A stretch of DNA of 64,000 nt, from NCBI RefSeq assembly GCF_963921235.1, contig NC_086100.1, positions 38,254,001 to 38,318,000 of the forward strand, written 5' to 3'. Origin of the DNA: Mobula hypostoma. Taxonomy: Eukaryota. This document shows, piece after piece, positions 10,792 to 23,770 of this stretch (position 1 is the first letter of the stretch; every line of letters starts with the position of its first letter). A program made the translations under genes and the position numbers. The notes under the pieces were generated by a model. That model did not search any database and was not told the DNA's origin. It saw only the letters and a program-made list of their open reading frames with translations.

Positions 10792-11775
10792 AATGATGGC
10801 TGGTTCTTCGCATGCAAAGATTAGGAGGGAAAAAGAGTCCTCAAACGCGATGGCATGATCGGCTATTCTGGACCTGCAGACTCTGGAACAGTAGGGACAC
10901 GGGAACAGCTGGGATGCAGGCGCTTGGGTAGTAGGATACTTCCTGTATCTCCCTTCCTCTTCAGCAGTAGCTCTTCTGGATTCCTCAAAATTCTTGGCTG
11001 ATCCATGGATCAACATTCTCCAGCAGTCTCTGTCAGAAGCCAGCTGCTGCCACTCGTTGTCCTTGATATTTGCCTGAAAGAGCTACTACTTAAGTTAGTC
11101 TTTGTACCTCTTGCACGGGCACCACGATCTTTCTTGCCCTGAGAGAGTTTTCCTAGAATACTGCTTTTGGTAACCTGAAGTTGTCTTTACGTTACGTGTG
11201 GCCTGACCAACGGAGATGCTTGAACAGCAAAGTGGCTTCAATGCTTGGAAGTTGAGCCTTCTCCAGGACCTTGCTGTTGGAGACACAATCCTGCCAGCTG
11301 ATACCCATGATGGAGCGGAGGCAGCACTGATGGAAGCGCTCGAGCAACTCAATTTACTTACGGAACAACACCCAAGCTTAGGGGCCATATAGCAGTGTTG
11401 TGATGACAGCAGCCTTGTATACCTGGATTTTTGTGGACAGATGCAGCTGGTGGTTCTTTCACATATGTTTCTGGAAGTGCCCAAAGGCACTGCTGCCCAT
11501 TCTCGATCAGAATGTGGACAACTGTGCTCTTCTCACGCACACAGAGGACGCACGACAGGTTGCAGTCACAGTTCACCAAGGCTACAAGGGCTACTGGGTT
11601 AGCGGTCAGTCTGAAGAAAACAATGATCCGCCATCAGAAGTCCCCATGTGGTGTTTACAACCCACCTCAGATCACCATTGACGACCACCCTCTCACCACA
11701 GTTGAGCAGTTCAGCTACCTGAGCAGCAACATCTCCAACGACACTACAGTAGTAAGGGACATTGACAATTGGTTT
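10792..11775 (-). mobile_element. RTE-clade LINE 3' portion with 5' inversion (11511-11775 on + strand)
   Basis: Minus part: SSAFG..HLSTKIQVYKAAVITTLLYG..LLERFHQCCLRSIMGISW and FPCPYCSRVCRSRI. Plus part: VDNCALLTHTE..GLAVSLKKT..VEQFSYLSS..DIDNW. Confidence 0.85.
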
Positions 11776-12139
11776 TGATTAATATTAGTTAGATAAATTC
11801 CACGTGTTATTAACTGATTGACCTATCAAGGATCTATTTACTGATGCAGAGAGGAAATTTTTACTGGTTGAACAATCAGGTCATGAAATTATTGTGCCAG
11901 TTCTTGCACTTTTTAAAAGAATGGATTGGAGTTCATTGTTAAGTTAAAGTGAAAGTTTAACAATTGATTAATGCTGTTTTCACAGTGGAAAAAGTAAAAG
12001 TAAAGTTTGAATGTCTCACATTTCAAATTTGAGTGAAAATGTACATTCTGGGAATATTAGTTACATTTGACCATTACAATAATTTGTATTTGTTTCCCTG
12101 GTAGATTTTAAATTAAGAACTTTTCACCGTGAAAACATA

Positions 12140-12852
12140 TCCTGATATAAATGACCAGAGTTGCCTGAGGTTTTCCTCAAGTTCTGCAAAAATTTCATGC
12201 AGAATAAATTGTAACAGCTATAGAGAAACTGCAGTGCAGTTGAACAATAAGTAAGGTGCAAGATAATAATGAGGTAGTTTGTGAAGTCAAGAGTCTATCT
12301 TATCATATCAGGGAGCCATTTAATAGTTTAATACTGTAACAGCAGGGCGAAAGCTGTCCTTGAGCCTGGTGATATGTGCTCTCAGGCTTTGGTATTTTTT
12401 GCCCGATGGAAGAGGGAAGAGGAGAGAGTGTCTGGGGTGGGTGGGGTCTTTGATTATGTTGGCTGCTTTACTGAGGCAGTGAAAAGTTTAGGCAGAGTTG
12501 CAGAGGGCAGCCGATTATGTGATGTGCTGAGCTAGGTCCCCTGTTCTCAGCAGTTTCTTGTGGTCACATGCTGAGCAGTTGCTATACCAAACCATTATGC
12601 ATACGGACAGGATGCTTTCTATAGTGCATCGATAAATATTGGCATGGGTTGACATGGATATGCAAAATTTATTTAGTTTCCTGATGAAACAGAATCCTTG
12701 GTGAGTTTTGTTGAGTTAGGAGTCCTCGTGGCTTGACCAGGACAAGATATTGGTGATGTTCACTCCTAGGAACTTGAAGCTCTCAATCTTCTCAATCTCA
12801 AAACATTGATGTAGACAGGAGCATATGCACCACCCCTCCTTCCTGAGGTACT
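12140..12852 (-). mobile_element. Old Rex1/Babar-like LINE 3' fragment
   Basis: IEKIESFKFLGVNITNILSWSSH and LPSGKK..LKDSF-type similarity on the minus strand. Confidence 0.72.
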
Positions 12853-12855
12853 GTA

Positions 12856-13306
12856 AATAGAACATAGAATATAGAACAGTACGGGACCTCCATCCCACAA
12901 TGTTCTGCTGACCTTTTAACCTACTCTAAGATAAATCTAACCTTTTCCTCTCACATAGTCCCTCAGTTGTTTTCATTCAAGTGCCCATCCGAGAGACTCT
13001 TAAATGTCGCTAATGTATCTCCCTTTACTACCACCTGGCTGCATATTTCACGCACCCACCATTCTCTGTGTAAAAATATTACCTCTGATCGTCTCTGGCT
13101 GTCTATACTGGCCATGTGTTTTATCATCTTATGCACCTCTATCAAGTCACCACTTATCCTCCTTCATTCCAAAGAGAAAAGCTGTAGCTCATTCTACCTA
13201 TCCTCATAAGAAATATTCTCCAATCAATGAAGCATCCTGATAAGTCTCCTCTGCGCTCTCCCTAAAGCTTCCACATCCTTCCTAAAATGAGAGGACCAAA
13301 CTGAAC
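12856..13306 (-). mobile_element. CR1 3' end with (TGTTCTA)n-type tail
   Basis: MIEVHKMIK..DSQR similarity; tail aatagaacatagaatatagaacagtac. Confidence 0.75.
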
Positions 13307-13376
13307 AGAATACTCAAAACACACACAAAATGCTGGTGGAACACAGCAAGCTAGACAGCATCCATAGGAAGAAGCA

Positions 13377-13418
13377 CAGTCAACGTTTCGAGCCGAGACC
13401 CTTTGTCAGGACTAACTG
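13377..13418 (-). ncRNA. Degenerate hammerhead motif
   Basis: cagttagtc-ctgacaa-agggtctcggctc-gaaa-cgtt-gactg. Confidence 0.58.
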
Positions 13419-13680
13419 AAAGAAGAGATAGTAAGAGATTTGAAAGTGGGAGGGGGAGATCCGAAATGATAGGAGAAGACAGGAGGGGGAGGGATAGAGC
13501 TAAGAGCTGGAAAGTTGATTGGTAAAAAGGGATACAAGGCTGGAGAATGGAGAGGATCATGGGACGGGAGGCCTAGGGAGAAAGAAAGGGGGAGGAGAGC
13601 ACCAGAGGAAGATGGAAAGCAGGCAAGGAATTACTGTGAGAGGGACAGAGAGAGAAAAAAGAGAGGAAAAACCTGGGGGG

Positions 13681-13737
13681 GGAGAGAGAGAAAGAGAGAG
13701 AGAGTGGGGGGGGGAGAGAGAGAGAGAGAGAGAGAGA
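13681..13737 (+). repeat. (GA)n/G-rich microsatellite inside the PLE 3'UTR
   Basis: Visible GA tandem runs. Confidence 0.9.
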
Positions 13738-13775
13738 AATAAATAAGTGATGGGGTAAGAATGGGAGGAGGGACA

Positions 13776-14246
13776 TTAACGGAAGTTAGAGAAGTCAATG
13801 TTCATGCCATCAGGTTGGAGGCTACCCAGACGGAATATAAGGTGTTTTTCCTCCAACCTGAGTGTGGCTTCATCTTGACAGTAGAGGAGGCCGTGGATAG
13901 ACATATCAGAATGGGAATGGGACGTGGAATTAAAATGTGTGGCCACTGGGAGATCCTGCTTTCCTTGGTGGACAGAGCGTAGGTGTTCAACGAAACAGTC
14001 TCCCTGTCTGCGTCGGGTCTCACCAATATATTGAAGGCCACACCAGGAGCACTGGACGCAGTATATCACACCAGCCGACTCACAGGTGAAGTGTCGCCTC
14101 ACCTGGAAGGACTGTCTGGGGCCCTGAATGGTGGTGAGGGAGGAAGTGTAAGGGCATGTGTAGCACTTGTTCCGCTTACAAGGATAAGTGCCGGGAGGGA
14201 GATCAGCGGGAAGGGATGGGGGGGGGCGAATGGACAAGGGAGTCAC
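13776..14246 (-). pseudogene. GIY-YIG endonuclease domain of a Neptune PLE (5'-truncated, frame intact)
   Basis: Cys linker PGTYPCKRNKCYTCPY, then GVIYCVQCSWCGLQYIGET..R..EH..PVATHFN..RLEEKHLIFRLGSLQPDGMN. Confidence 0.9.
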
Positions 14247-15788
14247 ATAGGGAGCGATCCCTGAGGAAAGCAGAAAGAGGGGGGGGAGGGAAAGGGTCTT
14301 GGCCCGAAACGTCGACTGTGCTTCTTCCTATGGATGCTGGCTGGCTTGCTGCATTCCTCCAGCATTTTGTGTGTGTTGCTTGAATTTCCAGCATCTGCAG
14401 ATTTTCTCGTGTTTACGAGAATACTCAAAATGTGGAAGATGCTGCTTGTGATTGTTGGTGATATTCTGTGGGCCGCAGACAATGTTCCTTAATATACTTT
14501 TAAATATACTTCTTCTAGAATCACTCTCACTGCAATCTGCAGCATGTAATTTCCCTCTAAGCAATGTACTTCTAAATCAGATTAATGATATACAGATCTC
14601 ATGATCATCTGAAGGACTCGGCAGACCAGGCAGGTTCGGCACCTTTAAGCAGACGAAGGTTCATCGCCATGGCTGGAAGCGATAAAGGAGGGTGGGGAGT
14701 GTGCTCCAGGCCAGACTGAAATGCAGTGAGACGAAGTCTCCTCTACCCAGCACTTTGTTGACAAATGTACAGTCTCAAGACTGAGGATCTGAGGGTAAGA
14801 TTGCTGTATTGAAGAGAAATGAGAGGCTGTTGAAGTCTACGTCAGAGTGAGACATGGCTTTCTTTCAGCATGCCTGATACAGCAATCAGACCTGATAGGC
14901 TTCTCGATATACAGAATAGATCAAACTGCTGAATTGGAAAAGGCAAAAGGACGAGGTGTGTGTTTCATGATAAACTCTTGGTGTTCTCCGATGTGGTGGT
15001 TTTGTTAAATTCATGTTTCCTCTACTTGGAACACCTAATGGTCAAATGCCATCCATTCTATTTACCTAGGGAATTCTCATCTGTGATCTTAACCACAGTT
15101 TACACACCATCAGCATCCGACTATAATCATGGACTCATCATACTGCATAATGACATCTCCAAGCAAGAAACAGTCCGTCCTGATGCATTTCAAATCATAG
15201 TCAGAGACTTCAACCGGGTTTATTTGAAGAAAACCCTACCCAGGTACCATCAGCGTATAACCTGTAGTGCCAGATGTCCCAACATACAAGACTACTATTG
15301 TACTAAAGTAAAAAATTCCAACCATGCCCAGGCTGAATTTTGGTAAGTCTGACGCTTGGCTGTCCTTCTCCTGCCTGTATATAGGCAGAGGATAAAAAGC
15401 ATAGCTCCAGAGAATAGGACAACAAAGAGGTGGTCACGGGAGGCAGAGGAACGGCTATGGGATAGCTTCGAATCAGTGGACTGGACGGTGTTCAAGAATT
15501 CATCTGGAGATCTGAATAAATACACCATGGTTGTAAGGGACTTTATTAAAACAGCTGTAGATGAGTGTGTCCTCACAAAATCATTCAGAGGATTCCCCAC
15601 TCAGAAGCCCTGGATGAACTATGAGATCTGCAATCTGCTGAGAGCCAGATCAGAGGCATTCAAGTCTGGTGACCAAGAAAGTTACAAGAGGTCCAGGTAC
15701 AGCTCTGGAAAACCATCTCATGGGTGAAATGGCAATTCTGGTCCAAACTGGAATCAATGAAGGATGCTCGACAGTTGTGGCAGGGTTT

Positions 15789-15903
15789 ATAGAACATAGA
15801 ATAGTACAGCACAGTACAGGCCCTTCGGCCCATAATGTTGTGCCGACCCTCAAACCCTGCCTCCCACATAATTCCCCACCTTAAATTCCTCTATATACCT
15901 GTT
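15789..15903 (-). mobile_element. Short CR1 3' end nested in the Rex-like LINE
   Basis: atagaacatagaatagtacagcacagtacaggcccttcggccc is a CR1 tail on the minus strand. Confidence 0.78.
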
Positions 15904-15981
15904 CGAATGCTATCACCTCATAACGTTAAATCAAGTGACATAGGAGACACCCTTCGCTTTCAGATGAGCTCGATTTCTTCT

Positions 15982-16445
15982 ACAAGACCATAAGATATAG
16001 GAGCAGAAGTGGGCCATTCTGCACATCGAGTCTGCTCCGCCATTGAATCACGGGCTGATCCAATTCTTCCAATCATTCCCACTCCCCTGCCTTCTCCCTA
16101 TATCCTTTGATGCCCTGGCTAATCAAGAACATATCTATCTCTGCCTTAAATGCACCCAATGACTTGGCCTCCACAGCTGCTTGTGGCAACAAATTCCATA
16201 GGTTTACCACCCTCTGACTAAAGTAATTTCTCTGCATCTCTGCTCTAAATGGACGTCCTTCAATCCTGAAGTCATGCCCTCTCGTCCTAGACTCCCCTAC
16301 CATGGGAATAACTTTGCCATATCCGATCTGTTCAGGCCTTTTAACATCCGGAATCTTTCTATGAGTTCCCCCCTCATTCTCCTGAACTCCAGGGAATTCA
16401 GCCCAAGAGCTGCCAGGTGTTCCTCATACAGTAACTCTTTCATTC
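15982..16445 (-). mobile_element. CR1 3' fragment nested in the Rex-like LINE
   Basis: GESRTRGHDFRIEGRPFRAEMQRNYFSQRVVNLWN..FKAEID; tail acaagaccataagat. Confidence 0.85.
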
Positions 16446-17016
16446 TATGCTTCCTTTGACCGTCAAAGCATGTACGTTTGTAGAAACCATCATGAACTCC
16501 CACATTCCCTGATGATCCTATGATTTCAGTCTCTGAAGCCTATGTGTGAACAACCTTCCGGAGGGTGAGCCCCCCGCCCCCTCATGAAATGATCTGCCCC
16601 AGATGGGATACCTAGCCAAGTACTAAAGACCTGTGCTGATCAACTGGCTGGTATGTTCACTGAGATCTTTAACTTTTCACTTCAACAGTGTGTGGTACCC
16701 CCTGCTTCAAGCAGGTTTCAATTATACTGGTGCCCAAGAAGAGCATGGTTTCCTGCCTCAATGACTATCACCCAGTAGCACTTACATCCATAGTGGCGAA
16801 GTGTTTTGAAAGGTTTGTGATGAAACATATCAATTCCTGCCTGACAAGTCACTTTGATCCACTCCAATTTGCCTACTGGAGCAACAGGTCCACAGCAGGT
16901 GTCATCTCTTGGCTCTTCACTCAACCCAGGAACATCTGGACAGCAAAGGTGCATAGATCAGGATGCCTTTTATCGATTACAGTTCAGCATTCAATACCAT
17001 CATTCCTTCAAAACTG

Positions 17017-17529
17017 GTCATAGTCATAGTCATACTTTATTGATCCCAAGGGAAATTGGTTTTCGTTACAGTTGCATCAACCAAGAATAGAGTATAAATA
17101 TAGCAATATAAAACCATAAATAGTTAAATAGTAATATGTAAATTATGCCAGGAAATAAGTCCAGGACCAGCCTATTGGCTCAGGGTATCTGACCCTCCAA
17201 GGGAGGAGTTGTAAAATTTGACGGACACAGGCAGGAATGACTTCCTATGACGCTCAGTGCTGCATCTCGGTGGAATGAGTCTCTGGCTGAAATGTACTCC
17301 TGTGCCCAACCAGTACATTATGTAGTGGATGGGAGACATTGTCCAAGATGGCATGCAACTTGGACAGCATCCTCTTTTCAGACACCACTGTCAGAGAGTC
17401 CAATTCCATCCCCACAACATCATTGGCCTTATGAATAAGTTTGTTGATTCTGCTGGTGTCTGCTACCCTCAGCCTGCTGCTCCAGCACACAACAGCAAAC
17501 GTGATAGCACTAGCCACCACAGACTACTT
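17017..17529 (-). mobile_element. Rex1/Babar-like 3' end, same family as 8738-9177
   Basis: ADTSRINKLIHKANDVVGMELDSL..; (gtcata)n tail; splits the host KLV|NKLQD. Confidence 0.87.
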
Positions 17530-18679
17530 AATAAGCTCCAAGATCTCGGCCTCAATGCAATTGGATTCCTCACTTACAGACCCCAGTCAGTTCGGATTGC
17601 CAAGGACAGCTCCATCAGCACAGGTGTACTACAAGGCTGCATGCTTAGTCCCCTGTTCTACTCGCTTTACATGTATGACTGAGTGGCTAAGCACAGCTAC
17701 AATACCATATTCAACTTTGCTGATGATACCACTGTGATCGTCTGAATCCAAGGTGGTGATGAATCAGAATATAGGAGGGAGATTGAAAATCTGGTTGAGT
17801 GGTGTCATAACTACAGCCTCTTACTCAATGTCAGCAAGACCAAGGACCTGATTATAGACTTCAGGAAAAAGAAACCATAGGTCTATGAGCCAGTCCTCGT
17901 TGAAGAATTCGAGGTGGAAAGTGTAAGCACCTTTAAATTCTTAGGCATTATTACTTTGAAGGACCTGTCCTGGGCCCAGCACGTACGGTATGTGCAATTA
18001 TGAAGGAAGCATGGGAGTGCCTCTACTTCCTTAAGAGTTTGCGGAGATTTGGCATGACATCAAAAATGTTGACAAACTTCTATAGACGTTTTGTGCAAAG
18101 TATATTGACTGGCTGCATCACAGCCTGGTATGGAAACACTGATGATCTTGAATGGAAAGTGCTACAAGAACCAGTGGATACGGTCCAGTTTATCATGGGT
18201 AAAGCCCTCTCAACCATTGAGCACATCTACATGAAGCACTGTCACAGGAAAGCAGCATTCATCATCCCTCACCATCCAGGACATGCTTTCTTCTTGCTGC
18301 TGCCATCAGGTGCGCCTCAGGACTCACACCATCAGGTTCAGGAACCAAAGAGGATAACTTCACTTATCTACACTTGCCCCATCATTGAAAGGTTCCCACA
18401 ACCAATGGAGTCACTTTCAAGGACTCTTCATCCCATGTTCTGAAGATATATATATTGCTGATTTATTTATTTATTATTATTTCTTCTTTTTATATTTGTA
18501 CAGTTTGTTGTCTTCTGCAATCTTATTGAACGCCCCAGTTAATGTGGTCTTTCGTTGATTCTCTTATGGTTATTATTCCAGAGACTTATTGAGTATGCCC
18601 ACAAGAAAATGAACCTCAGGATTGTATATGGTGTATTATGTTGACTTTGATGATAAAATTTACTTTAGAGCTTTATAGA

Positions 18680-19935
18680 GCTGCAACGTTACCTTGTGGC
18701 TCTTGAACTCAGTTCCCCAACTACTGAAGCCCAGCACATCATACACCTTCTTAACCACCCTATCAACTTGGAAGTGGACCTCAAGATCACTCTCTTCCTC
18801 CACACTGCTCAGAAATCTGCTATTAATCCCCTATTCTGACTTCATTTGACCTTTCAAAGTATATCACTACATACTTTTCTGGATTGAACTCTATCTGCCA
18901 CTGTTCAGCCCAGCTCTGCATCCTGTCAATGTCCCTTTGTAACCTATGGCAGCTTTCTACACTATCCACAGCACCACCAACCTTCATGTCATCAGCAAAC
19001 TTACAACAATCACTAAAAGCAGGGGTCCCAGATCACCACTGATCACCGACCTCCTGAATACACTCCACCCTCTGCTTTCTGTGGGCAAGCAAATTCTGAA
19101 TCCGTGCCACCAAGTTTCCCTGCATCCGATGTCTCCTGTCATTTTGAATCTACCATAGGGAAACTTGTCAAATGCCTCACTAAAATCCATATACACCACA
19201 TCCACTGCTATACCTTAATCAATTTGTTTTGTCACTTTCTCAATGAGCTCATTCAGGCACCTGAGGTATGAACTACCCCTCATAAAGTTATGCGATTATC
19301 CCTACTCAGACTATGTTTCTTCAATTGCTTGTAAATCCTCTCTCTTAGAATCCTCTGCAATAGTTTGCCCACCACTGATGAAAGACTCACTGGTCTATAA
19401 CTCCCAGGATTATTACTACTACCCTTCTTAAACAAAAGAATAATGTTTGCCATTATTAACAACCTTCTGATACTACTCCTGTGTCAGTGAGGATGTAAAG
19501 GTCATCAGCGGAGGTGCAGCAATTTCTTCCCTCGTATTCCGTTTGAACCTGGGAAGGTATACTAGGGGACTTAAATATCCTAATGTTTTTCAGAAGTTCT
19601 AGCACATCCTCTTTCCTAACATCAACATATTCCAGCACATTACCTTGTTCTATGCTGTCTTCAATTTGTCAAGGTCCTTCGCACTGGTGAATACTATAAT
19701 ATTATAGTATTCATTATGGACTTCCCCTACCTCCAAGTACGTGTTTCCTCTTTTATCCCTGACAGCCAGGAGCCATAATCCTACTCTTTATATATGTGTA
19801 GAATGCATTGGGTTTTTCTTTAATCCTACTCCCCAAGGCCTTCTCATGTCCCATTCTATCTCTCCTAAGTTCATTTTTAAACTCTTTCCTGGCTTCCTTG
19901 TAACTCTAGAACTCTCTAATCCTTGCTTCCTAAAC
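18680..19935 (-). mobile_element. Decayed CR1 ORF2 with deletions
   Basis: DVVYMDFSEAFDK, LFKKGS.NNPGSYRPVSLSSVVGK, VDVRKEDVLELLK. Confidence 0.8.
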
Positions 19936-22700
19936 CTGGAGCTGGAAGAGGCATGTAATAAGGGTAATGTCACAATTGTAATGGGGGACTTCAATATGCC
20001 AGGAGATTGGGAAAATCAGGTTGGTGTCAGATTGCAAGAGAGATTTTTAGAGCAGCTTGGGCTCAAGCCTACTAGGAAAAGGCTATCTAAGATGGGGTGT
20101 TGTGTAATAACCTAGATTTTATTAGTCAGCTTAACATAAAGGAGTCCTTCAGAGGCAGTTATCATAATATGATTGTATTCATACTGCAGTTTGAGAGGGA
20201 GAAGCACAAGTCACATGTATCAGTTTCACAAAGGAATAAAGAGAATTACAGAGGCAAGAGAGAGCAGCTCGTGCAGGTGGATTGGAGGGGATACTGGCAG
20301 GGATGACAGCAGAACAGAGATGGCTAAAATTCTGGGAATAGTTCACAAGGCACAGAAGAGGTATGTCCCACAGAAGAAGGAGTTCTCAAATGGCAGGGAT
20401 GAGCAACTGTGGCTAACAAGGGAAGTTAAGGACTGCAGAAAAGACAAGGAAAGGGCATATAAGGTAGCAAAAGTGAATGGGAAGTTGGACGATTGGAAAG
20501 GTTTTAAAATCCAACAAAAGCAACTAAAAAAGCTATAAGAAGTGAAAAGGGTGAAATATGTGGGCAAACTAGCTGTTAATATAAAGCAGGATACTAACAG
20601 TTTTTCAGTTATTTAAAGAATAAAAGGGAGGTAAGAGTTAATACCGGACCACCGGAAAATGATGCTGGTGAGGTGGTAATGGAGTACCAAGAAATGGCAG
20701 ATGAACTTAATAAATACTTTGCTCCAGTCTTTACTGTGGAAGACACTAACTGTATGCCAGAGATCTATGAGTGTCAGGGAGCAGGAGTGAGTGCCATTGC
20801 TATTACAAAGGAAAAGGTACTAAGCAAAACTCAAAGGTCTTAAAGTGGATAAGTCACCTGAACCAGATGGACTATATCCCAGAGTCCTGAAAGAGGCTGT
20901 TGAAGAGATGATGGATGCATTGGTCATGATCTTTCAAGAATCACTTGATCTGGCATGGTCCTGGAGGACTAGAAAATTGCAAATATCACTCCACTCCTTA
21001 AGAAGAGAGGAAGACCAAAGGGAGGAAAATATGGTCCAGTTAGCCTATCCTCACTGGTTGGGAAAGTGTGGGAGTTCATTACTAAGGACAAGATTTTGAG
21101 GTACTTGGAGACTAATGATAAAATAAATCAAAGTCAACACGGTTTCTGTGAAGGGAAATAGCAGGCAGAGCAGTAAATGTAGTGTATATGGATTTCAGCA
21201 AAGCATTTGATAAGGTACCCCATGCAAGGCTTATTGAGAAAGTAAGGAGGCATGGGATCCAAGGGGACATTGCTTTGTGGATCTAGAATTGGCTTGCCCA
21301 CAGAAGGCAAAGAGTGGTTGTAGATGGGTCATATTCTGCATGGAGGTCGGTGACCAATGGTGTGCCTCAGGGATCTGTTCTGGGACCCCTTCCCTTCGTG
21401 ATTTCTATAAATGACCTGGATGAAGAAGTGGAAGGATGGGTTTGTAAATTTGCTAATGACACAAAGGTTGGAGGTGTTGTGGGTAGAGTGGAGGACTGTC
21501 AGAGGTTACAGCGGGACATCGATAGGATGCAAAACTGGGCTGAGAAGTGGCAAATGGAGTTCAACACAGATAAGTGTGAGGTGGTTCATTTTGGTAGGTC
21601 AAATGTGATGGCAAAATATAGTATTAATAGTAGGACTCTTGGCAGCGTGAAGGATCAGAGGGATCTTGGGGTCTGAGTCCATAGGACACTCAAAGCTGCT
21701 GTACAGTTTGAGTGTGTGGTTAAGAAGGCATATGGTGTATTGGCCTTCATCAAAGTGGGATTGAATTCAAGAGCCGAGAGGTAATGTTTCAACTATACAG
21801 GACCCTGGTCATACCCCACTTGGAGTACTGTGCTCAGTTTTGGTCACCTCACTACAGGAAGGATGTGGAAAGTATAGAAAGGGTGCAGAGGAGACTTACA
21901 AGGATGTTGCCTGAATTGGGGAGCATGCCTTATGAGAATAGGTTGAGTGAACTCGGCCTTTTCTCTTTGGGGTGACGGAGGATGAGATGTGACCTGATAG
22001 AGGTGCACAAGATGATGAGAGGCATTGAATGTGTGGATAGTCAGAGACTTTTTCTCACTGCTGAAATGGCCTACATGAGAGGGCACAGTTTTAAGGTGCT
22101 TGGAAGTAGGTACAGAGGAGATGTCAGGGGTAGGTTTTTTACACAACAGTGGTGAGTGCGTGGAATGGGCTGCTGGCGACGGTGATGGAGGCAGATACGT
22201 ACATGGAGCTTAGAAAAATAGATGTCTATCGGTAACCCTAGGTATTTTCTAAAGTAAGTACATGTTCGGCACAGCATTGTGGGCCGAAGGGCCTGTATCG
22301 TGCTGTAGGTTTTCTATGTTTCTATGGAAATCTTGCCTGACAAATCTGTCAGAATTCTTCAAGGAAGTAACAAACAGGGTGGACAAAGGAGAGGCAGTGG
22401 ATGTCATTTACTGAATTTTCAGAAGACATTTGATAAGGTGCCTCACATGAGGCTGCTTAACAAGATAAAATATTATGGTGTTGCACGAAAGATATTGGCA
22501 TGGATAGAGGAATGGCTGACAGGCAGGAGGCAGCATTTGGGAAGAAAGGGGGCCTTTCTGATTGGCTGCCAGTGACTAGTGGTGTTCCTCTGAGGTCAGA
22601 ATTGAGACCGCTAGTTTTCACATTGTTTGTCAATGATTTAGACAGTGGAATTGATGACTTTGTAGCAAAGTTTGCGGATGATATGATGAGTGTAGGGCCA
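19936..22700 (+). mobile_element. Decayed CR1 ORF2 (EN to RT) hosting a younger CR1
   Basis: IVMGDFNMP, DKSPEPDGLYPRVLKE, FQKTFDKVPHMRLL, VTSGVP, FVAKFADD. Confidence 0.85.
21160..22325 (+). mobile_element. 5'-truncated CR1 (same family as 39568-43943) with (TTTCTATG)n tail
   Basis: [40 protein letters not shown]. Flanked by ggaaat (21154-21159 / 22326-22331). Confidence 0.88.
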
Positions 22701-22724
22701 GGGAGAAATAAATAAATAAATTCA

Positions 22725-23340
22725 AGTGAGATGGCATCTGCCATAGACCTGTTTCAATGGTAGGCGATTTGCAGTGGGGCAAGGCTGTCTGGGAGGCTGG
22801 AGTTAATGTGTGCCATAACCAGCCTCTCAAAGCACTTTATGATGGTAGATACCAGAGACATTGGATGGTAGTTGTTAAGGTATGTTTTTTTAATTTTTCT
22901 TTGAGACTGGGATGATAGCAGTCTCCTTAGAGCAGGTGGGACCACAGATTTAGGCAGGGAGTGGATAATAATGCCTGAAAATATTCCAACCAGCTGATCT
23001 GCACAGGAGCTAAGGACACAGCCAGTGACACCAACTAGGCCAGATGTTTTCCACTCTCTGGAATTCTGATCTTACAACTCTAACGCTGACTGTTAGTTCA
23101 GGTGCATTGAAGGCTATTGGAGTGGACAGTGACATACTCACTCCTTTCTGTTCAAAACATGTGTAGAAAGTGTTCAGCTCATGTGCTGTTGTCAGTGAAT
23201 CTGCCCAATTTTGCTTTGTGTCCTATTATAGCATGTAAGCACCGGTAAAACTGACAACTGGTTTGGGACTCGATTTTGAACTGGTACTGTCTGTCTGTAT
23301 CCCTGATAGCTTTACAGAAGTCATTTCTTGCTATCTACAG
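22725..23340 (-). mobile_element. Rex1/Babar-like internal fragment
   Basis: LNNYHPMSLVSTIIKCFERLVMAHINSSLPDSLAPLQIAY. Confidence 0.75.
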
Positions 23341-23604
23341 AGGAAGATAGGTCTTCAATATCTTAATGGACTTTACATGTATTTCCCCTTCAACTCTGGA
23401 ATGAGGATGAGGTTAAGAACTTAGGACAGATGGGACATATAAACTCATGGCTATCTGATCCATTTTTAAAAATTACCGAATTGAGTTTTTTTTTCCTTTT
23501 GATCTTTGGCAATATTAGGTTATCAACAGGGTTGTTTATTTGGAAATTCTGTAAAATTGCACAGCACTTGTCAATTTAGATGAGATATCATTGGACAGAG
23601 TATT

Positions 23605-23770
23605 TTTGAATCAGGTTTATTATCACTGACTTGTATGACATGAAATTTATTATTATGCAGCTGCAATGCAGTGCAAAGACATAAAATTACTATAAATTAT
23701 AAGAATAATTAAACAGTACAAATAAAAGAAATAAAAGGTGATGTTTATGGGTTCATGGACCATTCAGAAG
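23605..23770 (-). mobile_element. Rex-like LINE 3' tail fragment
   Basis: gaatcaggtttattatcactg..catgaaattt is the reverse complement of the 3' ends seen at ~32030-32075 and ~63900-63942. Confidence 0.6.

Larger units (their letters stand above)
13320..14417 (-). mobile_element. Neptune-type PLE: long minus arm with GIY-YIG domain + short inverted tailed arm
   Basis: Minus arm 13320-14290, plus arm 14291-14417. TSD agaatactcaaaa (13307-13319 / 14418-14430). Confidence 0.92.
14620..18672 (+). mobile_element. Near full-length decayed Rex1/Babar-like LINE with three nested insertions
   Basis: EN: CHPFYLPREFSSVILTTVY, IVRDFN, FPTQKPWMN. RT: [49 protein letters not shown]-terminus: LYFLKSLRRFG, SILTGCITAWYG. 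Confidence 0.88.
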
